A stretch of DNA of 64,000 nucleotides from Candidatus Binatia bacterium (GTDB lineage: Bacteria > Desulfobacterota > Binatia > UBA9968 > CAXXLF01), in contig CAXXLF010000001.1 of NCBI GenBank assembly GCA_963664015.2, positions 448,001 through 512,000 on the forward strand, in the 5' to 3' direction. The position numbers and the translations under genes are program-made. The number at the start of each line of letters is the position of its first letter. Position 1 is the first letter of the stretch. Below the pieces are notes generated by a model, which saw only the letters and a program-made list of their open reading frames with translations, was not told where the DNA came from and ran no database searches. This document shows, in pieces, positions 10,457-20,422 of this stretch.

Positions 10457-10787
10457 CCCGTACCTCATCTCTACCCCACGGTCATCCCCTCACACCCGAT
10501 TATCCCCCGTGCAACCCGCACAGAGTGCCCGCTTTCACACCATAGGCCATCTGGTACTCCAAGGTATTAGAGTGCAAGCCTATGCTCGGTTCGCAGCGCA
10601 ACAATGACAGAGGAAAAAATTGGAGAGGGAAACTTTCCGGTGCGGATTCTACTGGGTCGGCTCCAAGGAAAGCAGTATAGTCTGCCACCACATATAGAAA
10701 GGCGAGGTGCAGTGGATCCAGGAGATGGCCGGGTGCACCTCACCACGAAGTGGGGCTTTTGAATTTATTTTTTAAGAACCTCCTAAC

Positions 10788-13556
10788 TTATGAGCAACCG
10801 CTCACAGCACCGCAGTTCAGGCACTTATAGCAGGCGCCGCTTCTTATCATAATTGCCCCGCAATCGGGACAAGAAGGCGAATCCTGCTGGAATAGGCCCA
10901 TAGGAGCGTTTATCGTCGGTTGGGGCGCCCCACCCCGAGGTGCCGAGGGGGTGATATGAGCGACCTTCTTGGTTTTGGGTTCTTCCTCATCAGGTCTGAT
11001 GATGCCCACCTCCCGCTGCACCTCCCCATCTAGAAACTTTGTGGCGAGCCAGCGGAAGATATAGTCCATTATCGATTTGGCCATGGGGATATCCGGGTTT
11101 TTAGTAAAACCCGACGGCTCGAAGCGGGTATGGCTGAACTTGTCGACCAGGACCTTCAAAGGCACGCCGTACTGAAACGCCAAAGAGACAGCCGTGGCAA
11201 AGGAGTCCATCAAACCGGAAATGGTAGAGCCCTCTTTTGACATACGGATGAAGATCTCGCCCGGCTGGTCCTCTTCATACATCCCCACCGTGATATAACC
11301 CTCGTGGCCGGCGATATCGAACTTGTGGGTAATGGATCTCCTCTCGTCTGCAAGTCGGCGTCGAAACGGTTTCTGCTCCGCCGACTCTAACCTATCCTTT
11401 TGGGTCTTACCGTCCTTAGACGTATTGAGGACCTGGGTTCGCTTGGAGCCGTCGCGATAGATGGCGACTGCCTTGAGTCCCAGGCGCCATGCTTCCATAT
11501 AGGCATGCATGATTTCATCGACGGTCGCCTCACTAGGCATATTGATGGTCTTGGAGATGGCACCCGAGATAAACGGCTGGGTAGCCCCCATCATCTTGAC
11601 GTGCCCCATGTAGTGAATCGCCCGACTGCCTTTATGTGCCTTGAAGGCGCAATCGAAGATCGGCAGATGCTCGTTCTTAATGTGGGGCGCCCCCTCGATG
11701 GTCTCGTTTTCGTCCAGGTATTCCACGATCTCCTGGATCTCTTTGGAGTCGTATCCGATCCGTTTCAAGGCACGTGGTACCGTGTTGTTGACCATCTTCA
11801 GCAGCCCGCCACCGACCAGTTTCTTGTACCTTACCAGAGCGATCTCGGGCTCCACCCCCGTGGTATCGCAATCCATCATGAAGGAGATGGTCCCCGTGGG
11901 GGCTAAAACCGAGATCTGGGAGTTCTTCACCCCGTGTTTACCAGCCTCTTCGCAGGTCAGGTCCCAAACCTCTCGTGCCGAAGTCAAAAGATCCAAAGGG
12001 ACATGGGAAGTAGAGATCTTGGCCACATGGGAGCGGTGCTTGTCGAGCACCCGGAGCATAGGACGCCGATTTTCAATATATCCGCCAAAGGATCCCAAAG
12101 CCTTGGCGATGCGTGTGGATTGCAGATAACCCTCACCCGTCAGCAAGGCTGTTACAGCTCCCGCGTAGGCACGACCCGCATCCGAGTCGTAGGGGATCCC
12201 CAGGGACATGAGCATGGCACCGAGATTGGCGTAGCCGATTCCCAGCTCACGAAACTTAAGCGCATTTTCGGTAATGGCAGGGGTCGGATAAGAGGAGTTG
12301 TCGATTAAGATGTCCTGCGCAAGGATGATAATATCCACAGCCCGTCGGAAGGACTCGGTTTCGAAGACTCCGTCTTCACGGAGGAATCTTAGCAAGTTGA
12401 TCGACGCCAGGTTGCAGGCCGAGTCGTCCAGGTGCATGTACTCGGAGCACGGATTGGAGCCGTTGATTCGTCCTGTTTCCGCACAGGTGTGCCAGTCATT
12501 GATGGTCGTATCGTACTGCATTCCGGGATCACCGCAGAGGTAGGTCCCTTCCGAAATCAGCTTGAGCAGGTCCCGTGCCTTGTAGGTCTCGCAAACCTCA
12601 CCCGTGGTTACGTAACGTGTCTTCCATTCACCGTCCTCGGTAACGGCCTGCATGAACTCATCGGAGACACGAACCGAGTTGTTGGCGTTCTGAAAAAAGA
12701 CACTGCCATAGGCCGGACCGTCCAGACTCGAGTCGTAACCCGCTTCGATCAAGGCCCACGCCTTCTTTTCTTCTTCAACCTTACAATTGATGAAATCAAT
12801 GATGTCCGGATGGTCGATGTCGAGGATCACCATCTTGGCTGCGCGACGGGTCTTGCCGCCGGACTTGATAACGCCCGCCGAAGCATCCGCCGCCTTCATA
12901 AAGGAAACCGGGCCAGAGGGGGTACCACCACCCCCCAACTGTTCTTTGGCGGAGCGGATCTTGGAGAGGTTGACACCGGAACCGGATCCTCCTTTGAAGA
13001 TGATTCCCTCCTGCCGGTACCAATCCAGGATCGACTCCATAGTGTCGTCCACAGAGAGGATGAAGCATGCGGAGCATTGGGGTCTCTCCTCGATACCGCA
13101 GTTGAACCAGACCGGGCTATTGAAGCAGGCCTGTTGGTTCAGGAGCAGGGAAGTCAATTCATCGGCAAAGATCCGAGCGTCTTCCTCTGTGGCAAAGTAA
13201 CCATCTGCCCGGCCCCAACCCGTTATCGTGTTGACTACCCGGTCGATCAGCTGGCGCACGCTCTTCTCCCGTTGCGGACTACCCAGATGACCACGGAAGT
13301 ATTTGGAAGCCACCACATTGGTTGCCATCTGAGACCAGAACTTGGGAACTTCCAAATCGTTCTGCTCAAAAACGACCGTACCCTTATCGCTCATAATTTT
13401 GGCCGACCGGGTCTCCCACTCCACCTCCGCGTATGGATGCATCCCAGCGCGGCTAAAATATCGTTCCAGTCGAAGCCCGCGGGCAGGTTCTGCCGCAACC
13501 CCCTCAACTGTCTCCGCTTGAGTCGTACTTGCTACCTCTGATACCGTGGTGACCAT
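10788..13556 (-). CDS. nrdJ: Class II adenosylcobalamin-dependent ribonucleotide reductase
   Basis: FNSPVWFN, QCSACF, GGKTRRAAKM, NPCSEY, CNLAS, APTGT, SGAISKT, YRDGS motifs; C-terminal TSCPD domain and Cys4 ribbon. Confidence 0.97.
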   Translation of the reverse strand: MVTTVSEVASTTQAETVEGVAAEPARGLRLERYFSRAGMHPYAEVEWETRSAKIMSDKGTVVFEQNDLEVPKFWSQMATNVVASKYFRGHLGSPQREKSVRQLIDRVVNTITGWGRADGYFATEEDARIFADELTSLLLNQQACFNSPVWFNCGIEERPQCSACFILSVDDTMESILDWYRQEGIIFKGGSGSGVNLSKIRSAKEQLGGGGTPSGPVSFMKAADASAGVIKSGGKTRRAAKMVILDIDHPDIIDFINCKVEEEKKAWALIEAGYDSSLDGPAYGSVFFQNANNSVRVSDEFMQAVTEDGEWKTRYVTTGEVCETYKARDLLKLISEGTYLCGDPGMQYDTTINDWHTCAETGRINGSNPCSEYMHLDDSACNLASINLLRFLREDGVFETESFRRAVDIIILAQDILIDNSSYPTPAITENALKFRELGIGYANLGAMLMSLGIPYDSDAGRAYAGAVTALLTGEGYLQSTRIAKALGSFGGYIENRRPMLRVLDKHRSHVAKISTSHVPLDLLTSAREVWDLTCEEAGKHGVKNSQISVLAPTGTISFMMDCDTTGVEPEIALVRYKKLVGGGLLKMVNNTVPRALKRIGYDSKEIQEIVEYLDENETIEGAPHIKNEHLPIFDCAFKAHKGSRAIHYMGHVKMMGATQPFISGAISKTINMPSEATVDEIMHAYMEAWRLGLKAVAIYRDGSKRTQVLNTSKDGKTQKDRLESAEQKPFRRRLADERRSITHKFDIAGHEGYITVGMYEEDQPGEIFIRMSKEGSTISGLMDSFATAVSLAFQYGVPLKVLVDKFSHTRFEPSGFTKNPDIPMAKSIMDYIFRWLATKFLDGEVQREVGIIRPDEEEPKTKKVAHITPSAPRGGAPQPTINAPMGLFQQDSPSCPDCGAIMIRSGACYKCLNCGAVSGCS

Positions 13557-13607
13557 ACTTCCGCTCTCCTCCCTAATTTCTCTATCTATTATATATGTTA
13601 GGATCTT

Positions 13608-13660
13608 TTACGCCATGTAGTAGAGCAGCCACTATGAACCCCTACATATTGTGTTGTCAA
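13608..13660 (-). promoter_or_regulatory. Tandem NrdR boxes overlapping the nrdJ promoter
   Basis: Minus-strand acaCaAtATgTaGggg (13639-13654) and ctaCtAcATggcGtaa (13608-13623), 31 bp apart; TTGACA (13655-13660) N18 CATAGT. Confidence 0.8.
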
Positions 13661-13711
13661 GAATATTTTCCGGGTGTATCCTTTTGTTCGTAAAAAGACC
13701 AATAAATTCCA

Positions 13712-14161
13712 ATGGAAAAACTTAAAGAGATTCTCACCCAGTCCATCAAGCGACTGGATTTGACCGACAAGCTCTCCGATTACGGGATCTGGCCGATCTG
13801 GAACGAGACCGTGGGACCGACCGTCGCCCGCAACGCTCAGCCTGAAAAGATCCATAACGGTACTCTGTTCGTCAAGGTCACCAGCTCAACCTGGATGCAG
13901 CAGCTCCAGTTCATGAAAGAAATGATCACCGAGAAGATCAACGAGCGTATGGGTAGGGAAACGGTAAAAAATATATTTTTTGTCGTAGGGACCGTCCACT
14001 ATGAAGAGCCCCAGGCCGACGAGCATCCCAGCAAAGAGCAACCGGCTTCCCGGGTCACAGCGAAACTAGACGAGAAAGAACTCACTTCGATCAACGATCC
14101 GGCCATCCGCGAATCCCTCCAAAGGCTCTACGACGCCCTGTCGCGCAGACGCCGGCCGTGA
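13712..14161 (+). CDS. DUF721/DciA family protein
   Basis: W..VG...A..A.P....G.L.V.V.SS.WMQQL pattern. Confidence 0.85.
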   Translation: MEKLKEILTQSIKRLDLTDKLSDYGIWPIWNETVGPTVARNAQPEKIHNGTLFVKVTSSTWMQQLQFMKEMITEKINERMGRETVKNIFFVVGTVHYEEPQADEHPSKEQPASRVTAKLDEKELTSINDPAIRESLQRLYDALSRRRRP

Positions 14162-14620
14162 GCCAGGGATCAGAGGTCGGAGGTCGGTAAGTAGTTATTG
14201 GTTATTAGTCAATGGTTGTTAGCGAATAGCAAATAGCGATTGGCCAGAGGCCGGATATCAGCAGCCAGAGATCGGACGACGGAGGTCGGACGGGCAGAAG
14301 ATGTCTCGCGCAAAGGCGCAAAGGGCGCCAAGTTCGGAGACCAGATGTCAGAGGTTAGAAGTCAGACGTCGGAAGTGTGAGGTCAGCTACTTTGCTGATC
14401 TCTGATCTCTAACATCTGGGTTATTGGGTTTGTTGAGTTGCTTGCGTTTATTGAATTCATTGGGTTCGTTTGGCCCGCTATCAAAGGTCAGAAGTCAACG
14501 GTCGGATGTCGGACCTGGGGAGTCGGAGCCCAGCTGCAACACCGACTTCCGACCTTTGTTCTCTGATATCTGGTATCTTCTATTTGCCGATCTCTGATCT
14601 CCGTCCTATGATCTCTGGGA
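14160..14620. repeat. Composite intergenic array of inverted heptamer and 9-mer repeats
   Basis: gatcagaggtcggaggtcgg ... tctgatctccgtcctatgatctctgg, with internal gcaaaggcgcaaagggcgccaagttc and ttattgggtttgttgagtt modules. Confidence 0.8.
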
Positions 14621-14638
14621 TGTACCGTTTGCTGCTCA

Positions 14639-15385
14639 CTACTTTTCAGAGAACATGTTTTGTAGCTCTTCCGTGTAAATCTTTTCCTTGGCGAAAACCA
14701 CTAACGGAGGCATAATCCGGACCTCGCGGCCCCCGCCTTTGGCTCCCTCCGCCAAGACGAGTTCTGCGGGGCGGTCGGCGAAAGAGTGAACAAACCGTAG
14801 CCGCTTGGGTTCCATCGCCGATTCTCTCATGGCCACCAACAGCTCCGCCGCGCGCGTCGCCGGATAGATCAAGGCCACTCTGCCCCCTGAACGCAACAGG
14901 TACGCAGCCCCCCGTAGGAAGTCTGGTAGTGCGGCCTCCACCTCGTGACGCGCGACGTAGCGTTCCGGATCCGGGTTGACCCGGCCGCTTTTAAGCCTCC
15001 GGTAGGGAGGATTGGAAAGCACCATGTCAAAAGACTCGGACGGAAAGATCCCCTCAACCGAACGCACGTCCCCCCGAACGATCTCCACCCTATCCTCCAT
15101 ATGATTCAATGCGACGCTACGCAGGGCTCGCTCGGCCATCGCTTCTTGAATCTCCAGACCCACAACCTGTACCGACGGGTAGATAGCGGCGAGTAGGATC
15201 GGGATAACACCATTTCCGGTCCCCAGGTCGGCCACGCGCTTTTTTCCCTGGACTCGTACGAAATGCGCCAACACAACAGCATCCAGTGAAAACCGGTACC
15301 CCCGGGTTCTCTGTATCAGGGAGAGCTTACCTCCAAGCAGCCCGTCGATCGTTTCATCCTTCAAAATAGACGCCTTTTTAATCAT
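14639..15385 (-). CDS. tRNA1(Val) adenine37-N6 methyltransferase (TrmN6/YfiC family)
   Basis: GYRFSLDA, DLGTGNG, NPPY, ARHE motifs. Confidence 0.88.
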   Translation of the reverse strand: MIKKASILKDETIDGLLGGKLSLIQRTRGYRFSLDAVVLAHFVRVQGKKRVADLGTGNGVIPILLAAIYPSVQVVGLEIQEAMAERALRSVALNHMEDRVEIVRGDVRSVEGIFPSESFDMVLSNPPYRRLKSGRVNPDPERYVARHEVEAALPDFLRGAAYLLRSGGRVALIYPATRAAELLVAMRESAMEPKRLRFVHSFADRPAELVLAEGAKGGGREVRIMPPLVVFAKEKIYTEELQNMFSEK

Positions 15386-15605
15386 AACCTTGCAAAATGG
15401 CGAAATGTTTTATATATTAGCTAGGTATACTAGCTAATTAAGTTCCAAATTTAAACTTTCGTTAAACTCACAAATCAAAACCGCCGCTGAAGGATACTAC
15501 CCACGGACGAATGGGTCTGTTCTCTCTCTACCCGAAACATAGTGAAAGCTACGACCGGTCCATTAACTTGCGATTAGAGCTTGCAACCGACCTGAAAAGT
15601 TAAAC

Positions 15606-16445
15606 TTGGGAAAAGTGAAAACACAACCGGAAAATAACAATCAGAACTCGGTCGGTAGCTCCATTGCGCTCTTCCCCCTAACCCTCATTGGCACCATGGG
15701 CAGGCTCACAGTGGAATTGCTTACCTCCTTGGGGAGGATAACCGTCTTCCTCTTTTCGGCCATCTTGTGGGTCTTTGCCCCCCCTGCCCAAGTCCATCTC
15801 ATCATCCTGCACATCAAGAGCATTGGCGTCGATTCGCTCCTGGTGGTTCTCCTGTCCGGTTTATTTACCGGCATGGTGCTGGGCCTGCAAGGCTACTATA
15901 CCCTGCAAAAGTTTCAGGCCGAGACCTGGCTCGGCTCCGCCGTCGCCCTCGGGCTCTTGCGCGAACTAGGTCCCGTGCTCTCGGCCTTTATGGTTACGGG
16001 CCGGACCGGATCCGCCATGGCCGCAGAGCTTGGCACCATGAGGGTCACGGAACAGATCGATGCCCTCTATTCCATGGCCATCAACCCCATCAAGTACCTG
16101 GTCTCACCGCGGATCATTGCTGGACTGATCGCCATGCCGCTGCTAACAGCAATCTTCGATATTGTGGGAATCTTCGGCGCTTATTTGGTCGGGGTGGGAC
16201 TCCTCGGCGTCAGCTCGGGGAGTTTTATCTCCGGTATGGAGCGAAGCGTTGTCTTCATGGACGTCTACAGCGGCTTTTTAAAATCCATCAGTTTTGGCCT
16301 GATCATTACGTGGGTGAGTTGTTATAAAGGATTCCATGCGCTACCCATGGCCTCCGGGGTGAGCCGTGCCACGACCGAATCGGTGGTACTCTCCTTCGTA
16401 TTGATTCTCGTATGGGATTTTTTCATGACCTCAATTCTCCTCTGA
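15606..16445 (+). CDS. mlaE: MlaE lipid ABC transporter permease
   Basis: RELGPVL, GSAMAAELGTMRVTEQIDAL; start codon uncertain. Confidence 0.93.
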   Translation: MGKVKTQPENNNQNSVGSSIALFPLTLIGTMGRLTVELLTSLGRITVFLFSAILWVFAPPAQVHLIILHIKSIGVDSLLVVLLSGLFTGMVLGLQGYYTLQKFQAETWLGSAVALGLLRELGPVLSAFMVTGRTGSAMAAELGTMRVTEQIDALYSMAINPIKYLVSPRIIAGLIAMPLLTAIFDIVGIFGAYLVGVGLLGVSSGSFISGMERSVVFMDVYSGFLKSISFGLIITWVSCYKGFHALPMASGVSRATTESVVLSFVLILVWDFFMTSILL

Positions 16446-16458
16446 TGAGTGACGTGAT

Positions 16459-17205
16459 ATGATAGAAGTAGTCGACCTACATAACAGCTTTAAAGGTCAA
16501 GAGGTCCTGAAGGGCGTGAATCTCAAGTTCGAGCCGGGAAAGATCACCACAATCATCGGCGGCAGCGGCGCCGGGAAGACGGTCCTGCTCAAGCACCTGA
16601 ACGCCCTGCTGCTTCCGGACCGGGGTACGGTACTTGTTGATGGGGTGAATATCACCAAGCTCAGACAAAAGGCCCTCAACCGGGTCCGCAACCGATTCGG
16701 TGTGCTCTTTCAAGGGGCCGCGCTCCTCGACTCCATGACGGTCTACGACAACGTAGCCTTCCCCTTGCGGGAAAAGACGGGAATGAGCGAGACGCAGATT
16801 CGAGAGAAGGTAATGGACCGATTGGAGCAGGTCGGCCTGGAACGCTGGGGCTACAAGTATCCCGCCGAGGTGAGCGGTGGAATGAAAAAGCGCTGCGGAC
16901 TGGCGCGCGCGCTGGTGGAGGATCCGGAGATCGTGCTCTTCGACGAGCCCACCACCGGCCTGGATCCCATGTTGGCCAAGAGCATCCACGAACTGATCGG
17001 AGTTACGCAGGCTCATTTCGGATATACCGGGATCGTTGTGAGCCATGATATCCCGGAGGTATTCGAGATCTCACACATCGTGGCCATGTTAGCCAACGGC
17101 GTGATCGAGGAGATCGGCCCTCCGGAACAAATCCAGAACTCCCAGAGTCCAATTATTCAACAGTTTCTTAGAGGCGAGACCAAAGGTCCCATGGTAGTCT
17201 TGTAG
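16459..17205 (+). CDS. mlaF: MlaF ABC ATPase
   Basis: GGSGAGKT, FQGAALLDS, SGGMKKR, DEPTTGLDP. Confidence 0.93.
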   Translation: MIEVVDLHNSFKGQEVLKGVNLKFEPGKITTIIGGSGAGKTVLLKHLNALLLPDRGTVLVDGVNITKLRQKALNRVRNRFGVLFQGAALLDSMTVYDNVAFPLREKTGMSETQIREKVMDRLEQVGLERWGYKYPAEVSGGMKKRCGLARALVEDPEIVLFDEPTTGLDPMLAKSIHELIGVTQAHFGYTGIVVSHDIPEVFEISHIVAMLANGVIEEIGPPEQIQNSQSPIIQQFLRGETKGPMVVL

Positions 17206-17216
17206 GAGCCCCATCC

Positions 17217-17672
17217 ATGAATCAGACACGGATCGATATACTCGTCGGCATCTTTGTTCTTGTCGGTATCGTTAGCCTGGGCTACCTCGCCGTTCGGCTG
17301 GGAAAGCTGGAGCTCATGGGTACCCGCGGATACCTTCTCCAAGGCGACTTCGCCTCGGTTGCCGGCCTCAAGATCGGAGACTCGGTTGAGATAGCAGGGG
17401 TAAACGTAGGCCGGGTGGTATCCATCGGCCTGGCAGACGGGCGGGCCCGGTTGGGCTTTCGTATCGACCCGGACATTAAAATTCAAGAGGACGTAATTGC
17501 ATCGGTTCGTTCCCGCGGGCTGATCGGCGACAAGTTCGTCCTGCTCAGCCTGGGAGCCTCCGATCGTTACCTCAAGAACGGGGAAAAAATTCGTGAGACC
17601 GAGTCCCCTCCGGATCTCACAGAGGTCCTGGGCAAATTCATCGGGGGCGATCTCACCTCAAGAGGAAAATGA
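17217..17672 (+). CDS. mlaD: MlaD MCE-domain protein
   Basis: GL..G..V.IAGV.VGRV, GLIGDKF; N-terminal TM helix. Confidence 0.92.
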   Translation: MNQTRIDILVGIFVLVGIVSLGYLAVRLGKLELMGTRGYLLQGDFASVAGLKIGDSVEIAGVNVGRVVSIGLADGRARLGFRIDPDIKIQEDVIASVRSRGLIGDKFVLLSLGASDRYLKNGEKIRETESPPDLTEVLGKFIGGDLTSRGK

Positions 17673-17815
17673 AGCCTCCACGGGCTTACGCCCGTGGTAT
17701 CTTTCCTTATCTTCGGCGGAATCCTCCGAAGCACCTACCTTCGCCAAGGCTAGGGTAGGTCCGACCATCGCATTCATCCATCGGTCATGCCCAAGTCTTA
17801 TGCGAAGGCGGATAA
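17670..17815 (-). mobile_element. IS200/IS605-like palindromic element, copy B
   Basis: TGAAGCCTCCACGGGCTTACGCCCGTGG...GCGAAGGCGGATAA. Confidence 0.75.
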
Positions 17816-17833
17816 TCGGCCTGAATTGGGTCC

Positions 17834-20422
17834 TCACTCATAGCCCACCGCCGCTACCACATTGGTCGAAGCGGCCTCCCGCGCGGGGAAATACGCGGCC
17901 AGCAGACATAGAACGACCGCCAGAATCACACAGACCGAGGCCTCCCCATAGGGGTAGTAGTATTGAAAAGTCCAGCCCGTAAGGACCTTCGTGTTGTAGA
18001 CCACGTGGTGGTAAGAGATCACCGTACCTGAAATCACTCCCAACAATCCGCCAATTAGACCCATCCATCCCGCCTCGGCCACGATCATCGTCTTGATCTG
18101 GCCCTCGGTAGCGCCGATGGCCCTGAGCACGCCGATCTCGCGACGCCGGTCCAATACCGAGGCGAGCAGCGTATTGATCACGCTGAGTAGAGCCACGACG
18201 ACAGCCACGATAAGCACCGCATAGTTCACCTGGAAGGACTGTTCCATGATATCCACAACCTCATCCCTCAGCTCCCTATGGGTGCTGACAAAGAGTTGGT
18301 ACTGCTCACCGTAACCACTTTTCACGGCATCGATGACCCGTTGCTCGTTGGCCCCCGGCTCCAACCAGAGATCAAAGGCATCCACGAGATCGTCCCCCCA
18401 GAACTGTTTGTATAGCGCGCGGTCGATAAGCACGCTGCCCGAATCCGAAGAGTAGTCTACGTAAACGCCAAGGACCGGGAAAACCCTCAGTCCCGAAGGC
18501 GTAACCAACTCGATGGCATCGCCCGCACCCTTCTTGAAGCGGCTTTTAAAGCTCTCGCTCACGATTACCCCTGCGCCCTCGGCCATCTGGCTCAAGGCCC
18601 GCTCCCGATCTCCTTCCACCATGGGTAGGGCGCGCTCCGAGGCTGAGACTCGCGCCGAGAAAGACTCGATGAGGATGGGTTTCCCCTCATAAGTGGAACG
18701 GATCAGACGATAGAGATCGACGATACGCACTCCCGGCAGCGCACCAAGGGGCCGGGCCAGATCTTCCTTTAAAGGAACGTTCAACGGGCCCGCTGTCCGC
18801 GCACTGGAACTAACAATGAGATCCGCCGTGACCATCTGATCGACCCAGGAGATCAGGGAGCCCCGCACACTGTGGATGAAGGCCGTAATAATGAATATCG
18901 ACGATAAACTGATCATCAGTGTTGCCACAGTGATACCGCAGCGAACCGGGCTTCGCGCCAGGTGTTCCATGCCGAGGCGCCCTGCGACCCAACCCAACCG
19001 CTGGGTGAAAAAGCGCGTCAAGCTAACGCTACCGAGTACGAAAAGGGGCGATAGAAACAACAGGCCCAACAAAAAGATCAAGGCCGCCATCATTCCCAGG
19101 GTAAACCGATGCATCCCGCTCCACTCGGCGGGCGAATAGAACCACAGGGGCAACGAGAGCAAGAGGAGTGAAACTCCCAGGACAGTTAATTTGAGTGGCA
19201 TACGAGATCGGGGGCTCCAGGCCGCCTGCCGATAGTTTTCCAGTGGGCTCACGCCCATGGCCTCCCATGCGGGTTGCACTGCCGCAAGCAGAGCTACTCC
19301 CAGGCCGCAGCCAAGCCCGAGCCACAGGTCTCCGAGAGAAAAGGCGGTTCGCTGGAGGTCGACCTGTTGAAAAAGATTACTCACCGCTTGCCCCGTAACC
19401 AGGACAGCCACCTTGGCCAGAAGGACGCCAAAGAGCACCCCGACCAGAGAGCCCAGCAGAGACATCCCCAGGGATTCGACCATTAACAGGCCGAGGATAT
19501 CGCGTCGCAAGACACCGAGACAGCGCAGGGTTCCTATCTCACGCTTACGCTGCACGACGGAAATGGAAATCGTGTTGTAGATCAGGAAAAACCCGACGAA
19601 CAGGGCAATCAAACTGACAAAAAACAATCCGACGCGAAAAGAGGTCAGCAAAAATTCGATCTGTTCTCCGCGCTCCTTGGGACGCTCCACGTGCGCGGCC
19701 CCGTTCAGACGCGAGGCAATCCGTTCCTTGACCCTTTCAATCGCCTCGCCTTTCACCAGCGTCACATCGACAATGTCGATCTTGCCCTCCTTACCGAGGG
19801 CGATCTGGGCAACCGGCAGGTCCATCAGCGCAAAGTTACCACCAAAGACTTTGGCCACTCCTTGCTCCTTGAGTAGGGCACGAACCGTATACTGGCGAAC
19901 CCCGCGGCTGGTGCTGAGTGTCAGCTTGGCACCGTCAGGAAGGTTGAGGCGGCGTGACACAGACTCGGTCAAGGCAATGGAATCGGACCGAGCGATAAAG
20001 TTCATGGCCCTGTCCATATCAAAAGGTAAGCCGCTAAACTCATAGTCTCGGATAAAGGAATCGGTGAGGAGATCGACACCGAAGACGAAGAGCCTTTCAC
20101 CTTCGAACCCAACCACGGGCAGGAATCCTTGCACCACCGGTGCCGCGCTATCCACGCCTTCGGTGTCGCGAATCATTGGATAGAGGGATTCCCGGACACC
20201 GCTGCCCGCGTTCACCACCTGGAGAACCGCCTTACCCGCCACCAGGTCGATGGTGCGTTGAAAGGAGTCCGACAGGGTCCGGTTGACGATGGAGATGGAA
20301 GTAATGACGGCCACACCCAGAGCGATTCCAAGCAACGTGAGACAGGTGCGCAGTCGATGATGCTTTAGGTGAGAAAATGTGATCGAGTTGAGGAGCCTAA
20401 CGGCGACCATGGTCCTCCGCAA
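17834..20422 (-). CDS. FtsX/MacB-like ABC transporter permease (two FtsX domains)
   Basis: Duplicated 'R.REIG.LR.LG' motifs with large periplasmic domains. Confidence 0.9.
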   Translation of the reverse strand: MRRTMVAVRLLNSITFSHLKHHRLRTCLTLLGIALGVAVITSISIVNRTLSDSFQRTIDLVAGKAVLQVVNAGSGVRESLYPMIRDTEGVDSAAPVVQGFLPVVGFEGERLFVFGVDLLTDSFIRDYEFSGLPFDMDRAMNFIARSDSIALTESVSRRLNLPDGAKLTLSTSRGVRQYTVRALLKEQGVAKVFGGNFALMDLPVAQIALGKEGKIDIVDVTLVKGEAIERVKERIASRLNGAAHVERPKERGEQIEFLLTSFRVGLFFVSLIALFVGFFLIYNTISISVVQRKREIGTLRCLGVLRRDILGLLMVESLGMSLLGSLVGVLFGVLLAKVAVLVTGQAVSNLFQQVDLQRTAFSLGDLWLGLGCGLGVALLAAVQPAWEAMGVSPLENYRQAAWSPRSRMPLKLTVLGVSLLLLSLPLWFYSPAEWSGMHRFTLGMMAALIFLLGLLFLSPLFVLGSVSLTRFFTQRLGWVAGRLGMEHLARSPVRCGITVATLMISLSSIFIITAFIHSVRGSLISWVDQMVTADLIVSSSARTAGPLNVPLKEDLARPLGALPGVRIVDLYRLIRSTYEGKPILIESFSARVSASERALPMVEGDRERALSQMAEGAGVIVSESFKSRFKKGAGDAIELVTPSGLRVFPVLGVYVDYSSDSGSVLIDRALYKQFWGDDLVDAFDLWLEPGANEQRVIDAVKSGYGEQYQLFVSTHRELRDEVVDIMEQSFQVNYAVLIVAVVVALLSVINTLLASVLDRRREIGVLRAIGATEGQIKTMIVAEAGWMGLIGGLLGVISGTVISYHHVVYNTKVLTGWTFQYYYPYGEASVCVILAVVLCLLAAYFPAREAASTNVVAAVGYE

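Noticed and set aside
12432-13541. 369-aa plus-strand ORF and other long antisense ORFs
   Set aside because: Shadow frames of nrdJ and other GC-rich genes; no recognisable motifs.
10788-13556. Intein or intron in nrdJ
   Set aside because: Length and motif continuity fit an uninterrupted NrdJ; no intein or homing-endonuclease motifs.
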